Shown here: positions 1-7,468 of the stretch, piece by piece
Numbering within the stretch: the stretch's first letter is position 1
How the letters are laid out: the number at the start of each line of letters is the position of its first letter
Virus record (IMG/VR): IMGVR_UViG_3300044842_000203
Location: 32,001 to 96,000 of that record
Source of the DNA: a virus
Taxonomy: Duplodnaviria > Caudoviricetes
Direction: 5' to 3' (one strand)
DNA length: 64,000 nucleotides
The notes under the pieces: model-generated
Database searches by the model: none
The model's input: only the letters and a program-made list of their open reading frames with translations
Told to the model about the DNA's origin: nothing
Translations under genes and position numbers: made by a program

Positions 1-2025
1 GTCCGAGGTGCCCCCCACGCTCGGCTCCGGGGCGCCCGACTTGCTCACCGCGTTCTTAGCGGCTTTATCGCGGCGATCCAGTTCGGTTTGCAACGCCAGT
101 TCGGCGACCAGATCTTTACGGGCGTCACCGAGCTGCGCGGTCGTTTTGTTGGCGAGCGCGGCGTCGTCCTCGGCGAGCAGGGCCTCCACCCGATCCTGCC
201 GGTCGGCGACTTCGGGGGTGACGTCTAGTTCCCCGTCGGGGCCTTCGATGAGTCCGTGCTCATCGGGAGTGGCTTCGGGTTCGGGGCCGGGCGCGGGCGC
301 GGCATGATCGTCGAGAGCCCCGGTGGCGGCGCGCTGGGCGGCCTCGTGCGCGGCGCGCTGCCGCTCGTCGGTGGGTAGACCGGCGGAGGCGTCCATGCTG
401 CGCTGGGTGGTGGATTGCGCCTGGATGGCGTCGAGACGTTTCTCCACCACATCCGAGGGCAGCACGAGCAGGGTTTGCGCGACGTCGTGCGGGTCCTGAT
501 CGTCGGGCAGGCCCATGCGGGTGAGGGCGTCGGCGAGGTCATCAACGTTGCCGTCGGCGATGGCGCCTTCGGCGTCGTACCGGGCCTGTGAGGTGTCGAC
601 GTTGGTGGTGTCGAACGGGGTGAGTGAGGCGAGGATGTCCCGAACGGCCTGCTGGTCTTTGGTTTTGACCGAGGCTTTCGTCCACCGCTTACGTCGAGCG
701 TTGATGTCACCCCAGGGGATGGGTAGGGCGGCGAGTTTCGCCAGCGCGTCGTCGATCTGCGCGGGGGGGAAGTTGCCGGGGGCGACGGGCATGAGCCCGG
801 CGTTGGCGGTGTCGACGATCAACCAGTTGCCGTCGGCGCCTTTCACCGCGGCGAACTGCCCATCGGGGGAGGCGTGCACGTCGGCGCCGGGGGTGGCGAA
901 TTGAGTGAGCATGTTCATGCTCGCGATGGCCGCGTTGCCGACGCCGACCTGTCCGGGGTCGCGGTCTTGTGAGGCGAAGTCCTGGTAGCGCTTGTGCAGC
1001 GCGGCGAGCGCGGCGGCAACCCCTGGTCGCACCGCGGCGGGGGTGGGCGTATGGTCGCCGACCGCGGCAGCCCCGGTAGCCATCGCCTGCTGGCCAGACT
1101 CGGCCGGGGCTGCCGCCACGGCGTGGGCGGCATGACCGATCGCAGGGCCGGTGTCGAGGGTTTCCGCGGCCTCGGCGGGCGCGGTGGTGCGTTCAATGTC
1201 GGCGGCGGTGGCGTGGGATTTGCCGCGGGGGCGCATGCCGGGGCGGATGGGGGTGCCGATGGGCAGACCCCAGAACGTGGAGTCACGGACAACGCGGCGG
1301 CCGAGGCCGTGGAGTGCCTTCACGTCGATGGTCCCCTCGACGGGTGAACTGCCGGAACACCCATCAGGATACCAGTCGTCGGTGTCGTCTTGCTGCGGCC
1401 GAACGTGTTCAGCGAGGGATTTCACCCCCGTTAACGTGGCCAGTGGGTGCGCTCCGTGCAAAACTTGCGACCACTCATAAATGTCGTAATCGTGTAAGTA
1501 GCGCAGACCGCGGCGTATTTTCGCCCCACCGGGGCGCACCTTGTAACCGATCGAAAAACATTCCTCGGGGCCGTAGAATTTCGCGTCTGAATAAGCATCC
1601 CGGCCGGCTTGCTTATCCATGTTGTACTGGGCTTTGATCAGCAAGCCGCCCGCGGCAGCTGGCCACGGCTTACCATCCGGGGTTTGCTTCGGCAGGCGCG
1701 GGTCGCCGGGCATCAGCTCCTCGGAGTAGACCAGCTTGGAGACCTTCTGCCCCCAGTTGTGATCCGTCACACCCTTGGGCTTCAAGCGTTTCACCGCGGT
1801 ACCCAGGCTGCCGGGCACGATGACGTCGCCCACCTTGTCGGGCACGCCGGAGACAGCGACGATCGCGGTGATCGTGCCTCTGGAGTCGTCGTGACCGATC
1901 ACCCCCGTCAGGGGTGATGACGTCTCCTCGTTCGGCAGCGCCTTCCATTCCAGGCGCCCCGACTCCCCCAAATCGGCCGGAAATTCAATCTCGTCAAGCT
2001 CCAGCCGGGTTTCGGTTGTGGTCAT
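1..2025 (-). CDS. HK97-family prohead protease domain fused to a long Ala/Pro/Asp-rich C-terminal region (partial, runs off window start)
   Basis: Hand translation from ATG 2025 (ATGA overlap with the upstream stop) stays open to base 1: MTTTETRLELDE...GTITAIVAVSGVPDKVGDVIVPGS...KGVTDHNW...FSIGYKV...YEWSQVLHGAHPLA. The His, FSIGY Ser and E-x-S-x-V motifs match HK97 gp4-like proteases. Absent from the ORF track because there is no stop in the window. Confidence 0.85.
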   Translation of the reverse strand, partial: MTTTETRLELDEIEFPADLGESGRLEWKALPNEETSSPLTGVIGHDDSRGTITAIVAVSGVPDKVGDVIVPGSLGTAVKRLKPKGVTDHNWGQKVSKLVYSEELMPGDPRLPKQTPDGKPWPAAAGGLLIKAQYNMDKQAGRDAYSDAKFYGPEECFSIGYKVRPGGAKIRRGLRYLHDYDIYEWSQVLHGAHPLATLTGVKSLAEHVRPQQDDTDDWYPDGCSGSSPVEGTIDVKALHGLGRRVVRDSTFWGLPIGTPIRPGMRPRGKSHATAADIERTTAPAEAAETLDTGPAIGHAAHAVAAAPAESGQQAMATGAAAVGDHTPTPAAVRPGVAAALAALHKRYQDFASQDRDPGQVGVGNAAIASMNMLTQFATPGADVHASPDGQFAAVKGADGNWLIVDTANAGLMPVAPGNFPPAQIDDALAKLAALPIPWGDINARRKRWTKASVKTKDQQAVRDILASLTPFDTTNVDTSQARYDAEGAIADGNVDDLADALTRMGLPDDQDPHDVAQTLLVLPSDVVEKRLDAIQAQSTTQRSMDASAGLPTDERQRAAHEAAQRAATGALDDHAAPAPGPEPEATPDEHGLIEGPDGELDVTPEVADRQDRVEALLAEDDAALANKTTAQLGDARKDLVAELALQTELDRRDKAAKNAVSKSGAPEPSVGGTSD
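1352..1374 (-). promoter_or_regulatory. GTTCCGG-motif promoter (inside the protease fusion gene)
   Basis: TGG-TATCCT-N7-GTTCCGG. Confidence 0.6.
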
Positions 2026-3902
2026 GCACTCACCGACCCCACATCGAAGAGATCAGGCAGCCCACTGCCGCTGTCCTCGCCCGCATCGCCGCCATCTGCA
2101 CTGGCGTCCGGGACGTCGCCACCGGGGCCGGAGTCGGGGATCATGCGCGCGGCCAGCTGGGCGTGGCGGGCGGTGTCGAGCAGCACCCCCGTGCCGTCGT
2201 CGACGTCACCATCTGGCTCGCCGTCGGGCCCGTCGGCCTCGTCACCGAGGTCGGCGATGTAGCCCGCGGTCCACGGCTCATCGAACTGCTGACCCCAGTC
2301 GTCGATACCGTCGAACAGGGCGGCGATCTCTGGGTCGGTGTCGACGGCCATCGCGGCGGCCTTGGTTTCGATGTCTTCGGACCAGTCGAACTTCACGCCG
2401 ATGGTCAGTGGCTTGCCCACGTTGCCCTTGAGGGTGTGCGCGTTTTTGCCGGGCCACTGGCCGGTGGCCATCTTGTGGATGTTCGCGGTGAGGCCGTTGA
2501 GCACCTTCGGGTTGTGCACGAACTTCGCGAGGTGCCGGCGTAGGCGCTTGAAATCGCCCTTGGAGCCGGGGCGCCACTTCTTGCGGCCCTTCGGGTTGAA
2601 GGCCCAGAAGTTGCGCAGTTTCGCAGCTCGCGGATCAGGGGAAGCGACCTTCACCTCAATGCCGTCTTCGAGGGACTTGCCTTCGGTGGTGGCCTGCTCC
2701 AGGGAGCCGATGCGCTGGGTGATGTGGTGGTCGGCGCCGAGCCGCTTCGCGGCGCCTTTGAGCCGGCGCGCGTTGGCTTTGCGCTTCTCCGGGGGCAGCT
2801 TGTGGTGCGCGCCGATCGCGTTGTGCAGGTCTTGGATGGATTGCAGCGCGGGGTCGTCGTCCGGGTCACCGTCGGCACCAACCCGGCGGCCCATGTTGAG
2901 CCCCTTGTGCTCGGACTTGTCGTCGGCGTCCCCATCGTCCTCGCCGCTGCCCAAATCCTGAATCTTGTCGATCATCTCTTGCCCGGCATTGAGCCGGCGG
3001 GCCTCTTTCAACAGCAGGCGCTTGAGCGCATCCCGGTCGCCGGGCTTGGCCCGCCCCCACGACTGGTAGGCGTTGTCGAGGTCACCGAGTGTCTTGATTG
3101 GGTAGGACTTGGTGCCTTTGAGGGTGTGCCCCTGTTTTGCGAGCTTTTCGCGCTCATCGGTGGAGATGTCGCGTTTCACTTCGAGGGCGCGTTCGCGCAT
3201 CGACGCCGCCCACATCAGGCCGATCTCACCGCAGTTGGCGCCCACCCAGTCGACGCCGCGCGTGTTAAGGGCTTTGCCTTCAGCGACGATCCGGGCGACG
3301 GGGCCGGGCAGGATCGCGGCCACCTCGATGATCTCGGCCGGCGGGGTGAAGGTGATCTCGCCGGATTTCGTTTCAGTGATCACGGGTGCCTCCGCATCGC
3401 CGAGGGGAACGTCGAGCACGTCGCCGGCCAGGGCGAGGCGCAGTGTGGAGAACCGCACCGGGCCGGTGAAGGTGAGCTGATCAGGGTTCAGGCCATAGCC
3501 CGCAGTCACGTGAAAGATCACGGGATCATGCTGCGCGGGCGGGGTCGGGTAGTCGTCGTGCGTAGTGGTCACCCACTGTGCCCACTTGCGTAGCGGGTTG
3601 AGCGCGGGGGAGTCACCCACCAGGTAGACGGCGCAGGGCTGCGGCCCGTCGTCGCTATCGCCCCCGTCGGGGTTGAAGATGGCGTGGCCCATGATGCGGG
3701 CATCCACCGGGTCGAACGCGGGCGCCGATGCGGTGACCAGTTCGCGCAGCCGGGCGGACTGCTCGGGCGCCCAGTCGGCCACGTTGTCGCCGAGGTAGAG
3801 CAGGGTGAGGTGCATCTGCTCCGGCGGGTCGCCCCCATCGACGGCCAGCTGGCCGGCGTTGTCGGGGACCAGGCCGAGGAATCCGCCCGTGTATTCAGTC
3901 AC
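2022..3902 (-). CDS. Multi-domain head-associated protein: N-terminal 2H-phosphoesterase (Acb1/2'-5' RNA ligase-like), two helical repeats (DUF6582-like) and a basic Trp-rich domain
   Basis: Two HxT motifs (MHLTLLYLG, FHVTAGY). Repeat 1 SYPIKTLGDLDNAYQSWGRAK...KEARRLNA and repeat 2 SIQDLHNAIGAH...GAAKRLGA. Coupled to the protease gene. Confidence 0.75.
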   Translation of the reverse strand: MTEYTGGFLGLVPDNAGQLAVDGGDPPEQMHLTLLYLGDNVADWAPEQSARLRELVTASAPAFDPVDARIMGHAIFNPDGGDSDDGPQPCAVYLVGDSPALNPLRKWAQWVTTTHDDYPTPPAQHDPVIFHVTAGYGLNPDQLTFTGPVRFSTLRLALAGDVLDVPLGDAEAPVITETKSGEITFTPPAEIIEVAAILPGPVARIVAEGKALNTRGVDWVGANCGEIGLMWAASMRERALEVKRDISTDEREKLAKQGHTLKGTKSYPIKTLGDLDNAYQSWGRAKPGDRDALKRLLLKEARRLNAGQEMIDKIQDLGSGEDDGDADDKSEHKGLNMGRRVGADGDPDDDPALQSIQDLHNAIGAHHKLPPEKRKANARRLKGAAKRLGADHHITQRIGSLEQATTEGKSLEDGIEVKVASPDPRAAKLRNFWAFNPKGRKKWRPGSKGDFKRLRRHLAKFVHNPKVLNGLTANIHKMATGQWPGKNAHTLKGNVGKPLTIGVKFDWSEDIETKAAAMAVDTDPEIAALFDGIDDWGQQFDEPWTAGYIADLGDEADGPDGEPDGDVDDGTGVLLDTARHAQLAARMIPDSGPGGDVPDASADGGDAGEDSGSGLPDLFDVGSVSA

Positions 3903-4173
3903 AGGGCTTCGCCCCAGCGTGCGGGAGGTGCCAGGTGCCGCCGGTCATCTGCTGGTCGTAGGCGCAGTCGTCGAAGAACACCCCGGATGGGTTGATGACG
4001 AACAGGGACAGCAGGTTATTGCTGAGCACGCCAGAGACCAGCGCGGCGCGGCAGCGCGGCTGGTATATCTGTGTGCCGTCGATGCCTACCGGGCTGCCGT
4101 GAGAGCGGTAGTGCACCCGGTCCCCGAGATCAACGGCAGGACCATCACCGGACGTGATGAGCATGTCGCGCAT
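3895..4173 (-). CDS. Conserved small actinophage protein
   Basis: GDRVHYRSHGSP...CRAALV...VINPSGVFF...GGTWHLP pattern typical of a common phage family; overlaps the next gene's start. Confidence 0.65.
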   Translation of the reverse strand: MRDMLITSGDGPAVDLGDRVHYRSHGSPVGIDGTQIYQPRCRAALVSGVLSNNLLSLFVINPSGVFFDDCAYDQQMTGGTWHLPHAGAKPCD

Positions 4174-4220
4174 GGTGTCAGGCGAGCAGGTTGAGCCGCT
4201 GGTGGGCGCGCCGCGAGCGA

Positions 4221-4249
4221 TAGAAACCGCGGGAGCTGCCTGCTACACT
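4221..4249 (+). promoter_or_regulatory. Sigma70/HrdB-like promoter for candidate sRNA
   Basis: TAGAAA-17 bp-TACACT with extended TG (TGC-TACACT); a G lies 8 nt after the -10, as in the other promoters of this genome. Confidence 0.55.
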
Positions 4250-4256
4250 CGACAGC

Positions 4257-4372
4257 GTTGGTCCATGGGTATCGACTGCGCGGGGTTTGAGGCTTGCCTC
4301 CCCCGGTAGCCACTCCTCGGACTGGCCGGAACCGGAGCAGCCCTCCCAGCAATGGGGGGGCTGTTCGCGTTA
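4257..4372 (+). ncRNA. Candidate trans-acting antisense sRNA complementary to the shared GUUCCGG...GAGGAG mRNA leader
   Basis: Intergenic and opposite to both flanking genes, with promoter upstream and terminator downstream. Hairpins GUUGGU..AUCGAC and CGGGG-GAGG(CUUG)CCUC-CCCCG are followed by CACUCCUCGGACUGGCCGGAAC. Confidence 0.5.
4335..4366. terminator. Intrinsic terminator-like hairpin
   Basis: GAGCAGCCCTCCC-agcaat-GGGGGGGCTGTTC followed by a T-richer tail; the G-U pairs favour the + strand RNA. Confidence 0.65.
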
Positions 4373-4385
4373 TCCGGTTAATTAC

Positions 4386-4781
4386 TCAGCGCATCGCGGC
4401 GCGGCAATGTGAGCACACGCCGTAGGCGATGGTGACCCGATCCAAGGTGATTTCTCCCATGTGCAGCTCATCATCGGTGCGCTTGCAAGCGTCGCAGCGA
4501 AAATTCTCGGGATCCGACGCGGGCAGCATGCCCAGGTGCGCACAGCCGGGGCAGGTGACCAGGCGCGGATTCCAGGCCACCATGCGCACCGGGATGTTGC
4601 TGCGGAAAGTGGGGTTGTGGGGGCAGGAGTCGAACTGACCGGACTGCCACATCGTCATGCGGTTGGTGAACAGGGCAGTCAGCCACTCGGGCACGTCTGC
4701 CCACCGGATGGGCTGCCCCTGAATGCGGGGGCCTTCGAGTTGGCGATTGCGGTGATGTTTGTTGCCGCGAGTGCGGGTCAT
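4386..4781 (-). CDS. Hypothetical Cys-rich protein
   Basis: 131 aa with CxH and three CxxC motifs; 4-bp overlap with the upstream gene. Confidence 0.6.
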   Translation of the reverse strand: MTRTRGNKHHRNRQLEGPRIQGQPIRWADVPEWLTALFTNRMTMWQSGQFDSCPHNPTFRSNIPVRMVAWNPRLVTCPGCAHLGMLPASDPENFRCDACKRTDDELHMGEITLDRVTIAYGVCSHCRAAMR

Positions 4782-5359
4782 GCGGTCACCTGCGTCGGGC
4801 TCGGGCTGGGCGCGTTCGACGGGGGTGTGGGCTCGGGCACGTCCTCGTGCTCCCCACCTTCGTCCCAGTCACACCACGGGCAGCACGGCTGGAGTAGGCG
4901 ATGCTGCTGCATCGCGTAGGCCTCGATCGCCAGCAGCAGATAGAAAACGGCATGCCCGGTGTAGGACAACCAGTCATCAGGGCGGGTGTCTAGCCAGAAC
5001 AGGAAACCGAGCGCGGTGAACGAGGCGAGGGAAAACAGCGCTGAGTGCGCTATCCACAGCCAGGGCCGTCGGCGCCGCGCCACCTCCGCGATATCGAGGG
5101 GGACCTGCTCGGGGCAGATGGTGCACAGCGCCTGGTGGTGGTACCCGTTGGCCAGCCATGTGACGGTGAGCCAGGCCAGCGCAAAAAGGAATAACAGTTC
5201 GGCCGGAAGATGCCATGCCGGGCTCGCGTGATGGGTGAGCATCACGGGGATTTGAGCGATGGCGCTGGCGATAGCTGCGGCGGTCAGTTGGTGGGCTAGG
5301 CGGTTGGCGATTCGGTTGAGCCAGGGGAAGCGTTCATCGAGGCTGGCGACGATCGGCAT
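4778..5359 (-). CDS. Hypothetical membrane protein with CxxC motifs
   Basis: About 4 hydrophobic segments, HQALCTIC and HRLLQPCCPWC; GAGGA RBS before ATG 5359. Confidence 0.6.
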   Translation of the reverse strand: MPIVASLDERFPWLNRIANRLAHQLTAAAIASAIAQIPVMLTHHASPAWHLPAELLFLFALAWLTVTWLANGYHHQALCTICPEQVPLDIAEVARRRRPWLWIAHSALFSLASFTALGFLFWLDTRPDDWLSYTGHAVFYLLLAIEAYAMQQHRLLQPCCPWCDWDEGGEHEDVPEPTPPSNAPSPSPTQVTA

Positions 5360-5379
5360 GAGAGTCCTCACAGGTGGGG

Positions 5380-5421
5380 GAGCGGCCACCCTGCCCGCCG
5401 ATAACAGGCAGGGTGCCGCTC
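5380..5421 (-). terminator. Hairpin after the DUF932 gene
   Basis: GAGCGGCCACCCTGCC...GGCAGGGTGCCGCTC. Confidence 0.55.
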
Positions 5422-5431
5422 CGGTCGGGGG

Positions 5432-6421
5432 TCAGTTCAGGGGCAGCTGAATGTCGGCGACGTCGAGGACTGCATTCAGCGCCGCGATCTGGCTGTTAAC
5501 CACCGGGGCCGTTGGAACGAGCACGCGACGGGCGCGTAGTCGGGCCGGACTCTGAGCCTCGGTCTCGCCCTGAATCTTCTGGTGCCACTGAATCCACTCC
5601 AGCATGGCCTGGTAGTCGCCCCACGCGGTGCCCACGATGCCCCGGTTGGTGTCGCCGTGGCGGATCACCATCATCTGCTCGACCTTGGTTTCGAAGCGGG
5701 TGAGGGTGGCGGGGGCGTCCCCGCGGCGGGGGAACGCGCGCTCGATCATGGCGCGGAACTGCTCGTCGGTGGTGCGCTGGGCGAGCATGATCTCAGCGTC
5801 GCGTTTCGCGGTGGTGAGTGCTTTAGCGGAGTTGGTGAGGATTTCGGCGGCCATCTTGTGCCGCATGTCGATGCGCTTGGTGTGCCGGATGATGACGCGG
5901 CTGGTCTCTTGTGAGATTTGCGGCTGCTGATTGGCGCAGAAGATGCGGGTACCGGTGGGGGCCATGACGTTCGAGCCGGCGCCGTGGGACATGAATGCAG
6001 CGATATAGGCCTCGATGGGGTCTCCGCCGGGGGAGATGGTGTCGGGCAGTTTGAGGGAGATGAAGGCGCGGGCCCCGAGGAGTCGGTAGTGCTCGACGTC
6101 GAGGTCTCCGGCGCGGTCGAAAGTGGCGCCGGTAGCGGCGGCCACGGTGTCGAGGACGGCGGCGACTTCCTCGTATTGGTAGACGGTGAAGTCTTCACCG
6201 ACGGTGATGTTGGGGAAGGGGATGTCGGTGCCGTCGGGTCCGTCGTGGACGAGGAGGTATTTGCCGTCGACCTGGTAGCCGTTGTGGGTGATGGGAGCCT
6301 TGCGGACGTTCAGGTTGGCGAGTCCGGCGGCGGCGAGTGCATCGGAGGCTTCGCGGGCGTGGGTGACGGCGGTGCCGAGGGCGGTGAATGGGTTGGGCGG
6401 GGGGGCGATGGCGACGGTCAT
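5432..6421 (-). CDS. DUF932-family phage/plasmid protein
   Basis: ALAAAGL, GARAFISLKLP, SHG, TRIFCANQ, IRHT and GTAWGDYQAMLEW motifs. Confidence 0.8.
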   Translation of the reverse strand: MTVAIAPPPNPFTALGTAVTHAREASDALAAAGLANLNVRKAPITHNGYQVDGKYLLVHDGPDGTDIPFPNITVGEDFTVYQYEEVAAVLDTVAAATGATFDRAGDLDVEHYRLLGARAFISLKLPDTISPGGDPIEAYIAAFMSHGAGSNVMAPTGTRIFCANQQPQISQETSRVIIRHTKRIDMRHKMAAEILTNSAKALTTAKRDAEIMLAQRTTDEQFRAMIERAFPRRGDAPATLTRFETKVEQMMVIRHGDTNRGIVGTAWGDYQAMLEWIQWHQKIQGETEAQSPARLRARRVLVPTAPVVNSQIAALNAVLDVADIQLPLN

Positions 6422-6441
6422 GTCTTCTCCTCAGTGGTTGG

Positions 6442-6464
6442 CCAGAACACCCTTGATAGTAGTG
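6442..6464 (-). promoter_or_regulatory. GTTCCGG-motif promoter (variant)
   Basis: TACTAT-N7-GTTCTGG. Confidence 0.6.
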
Positions 6465-6509
6465 CAGCCACGAACTTAGCACAATCGTGTAGCTGCAAAC
6501 TTAAGGGGG

Positions 6510-6532
6510 TGGTACGCTGAGCAGCGTTCCGG
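6510..6532 (+). promoter_or_regulatory. GTTCCGG-motif promoter
   Basis: TGG-TACGCT-N7-GTTCCGG. Confidence 0.75.
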
Positions 6533-6550
6533 CAACACCAGGAGACCCCC

Positions 6551-7057
6551 ATGCCTCAGCCCTACGATGCACGCGAAGACTGGCTCGTATCCGTCCATGA
6601 AGCCGGGCACACCGTCATCGGTGCAGAACTCGGCTTCGAGCCCGTGTTCGTCGAAATCCACCTCGGCAAGCTCGGATGGTTCGGCCCCGTCATCGGATGC
6701 GGCGCCACCTACTTCAGCGACAAAAACATGAACATGACCATGCGATACGAGATCGCCGTGCTCTGCTACTCCGGCTGCGCCGCGGGCGCCATGGTCGACC
6801 ACAAAATCAAGGGCCGCTCCTACCGCTCCTGCCACCGGGAAGAAATCATCGCCGGAGGCGGGGGCGACTACCCGGCCGCCGAGTCCCTCTACATCGACTC
6901 AAATCCGATCTGGGCACGGATGCAGCTGCGCGCCGCGGAGCGTCAGGCGATCCAAATGGTGGAGGAGAACTGGCCCGAGATTGAGTTCGTGGGCCGCGCC
7001 ATCCGCACCGTGCGCGAGACACCAGTCGATATGAGCAAACACTGGACGCGGCAATGA
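6551..7057 (+). CDS. Stand-alone M41/FtsH-like HExxH metallopeptidase domain
   Basis: SVHEAGHTVIG, GGGGDY, MVEENWPEIEFV; has its own motif promoter and AGGAG RBS. Confidence 0.65.
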   Translation: MPQPYDAREDWLVSVHEAGHTVIGAELGFEPVFVEIHLGKLGWFGPVIGCGATYFSDKNMNMTMRYEIAVLCYSGCAAGAMVDHKIKGRSYRSCHREEIIAGGGGDYPAAESLYIDSNPIWARMQLRAAERQAIQMVEENWPEIEFVGRAIRTVRETPVDMSKHWTRQ

Positions 7058-7468
7058 GCGGCAAAGTGGCGGCGGCCGTGATCGCGCTCATCCTCGTCCT
7101 TTTCGGGATCATCGTATGGCGATTGATCGTCGACCCGCACGCTCATTGCGTCGTCGCAGGCAAGGTGCCCATCTGCTGGCGTGATCACCAATGAAGCGCA
7201 TCGGAGCGTGGATCCTCGTGCTGGCACTGGCGGTCAGCTCGTTCGCCTCGTGCGCGGGAGAGTATTACTGCTATAAGGATCACCCGGTTGTGGCGGTACT
7301 TGGTGGCTGCACTTCTACGATAAGTAGGTATGACACTACGCGCAGCAATCACCCTGTTCGCAGCAACCGGCGCTCTGTGCCTCATCGCAGCCGCCGCTAG
7401 CCTGGCAGTGGTACTCTGAACACAAGGGCCGAAACCCACGGAAGGAACGCCGTGCACTCGGCCCTTCT

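Noticed and set aside
1670-1948. ORF-track proteins at 1670-1948, 915-1292 and 225-710
   Set aside because: Off-frame shadows of the protease-fusion CDS 1-2025(-)
4265-4309. 14-codon ORF MGIDCAGFEACLPR inside the sRNA candidate
   Set aside because: No RBS, start buried in a hairpin, too short to support; cannot be fully excluded
4257-4340. tRNA gene
   Set aside because: Stem-loops are present but there is no acceptor stem, T-loop GTTCRA or cloverleaf on either strand
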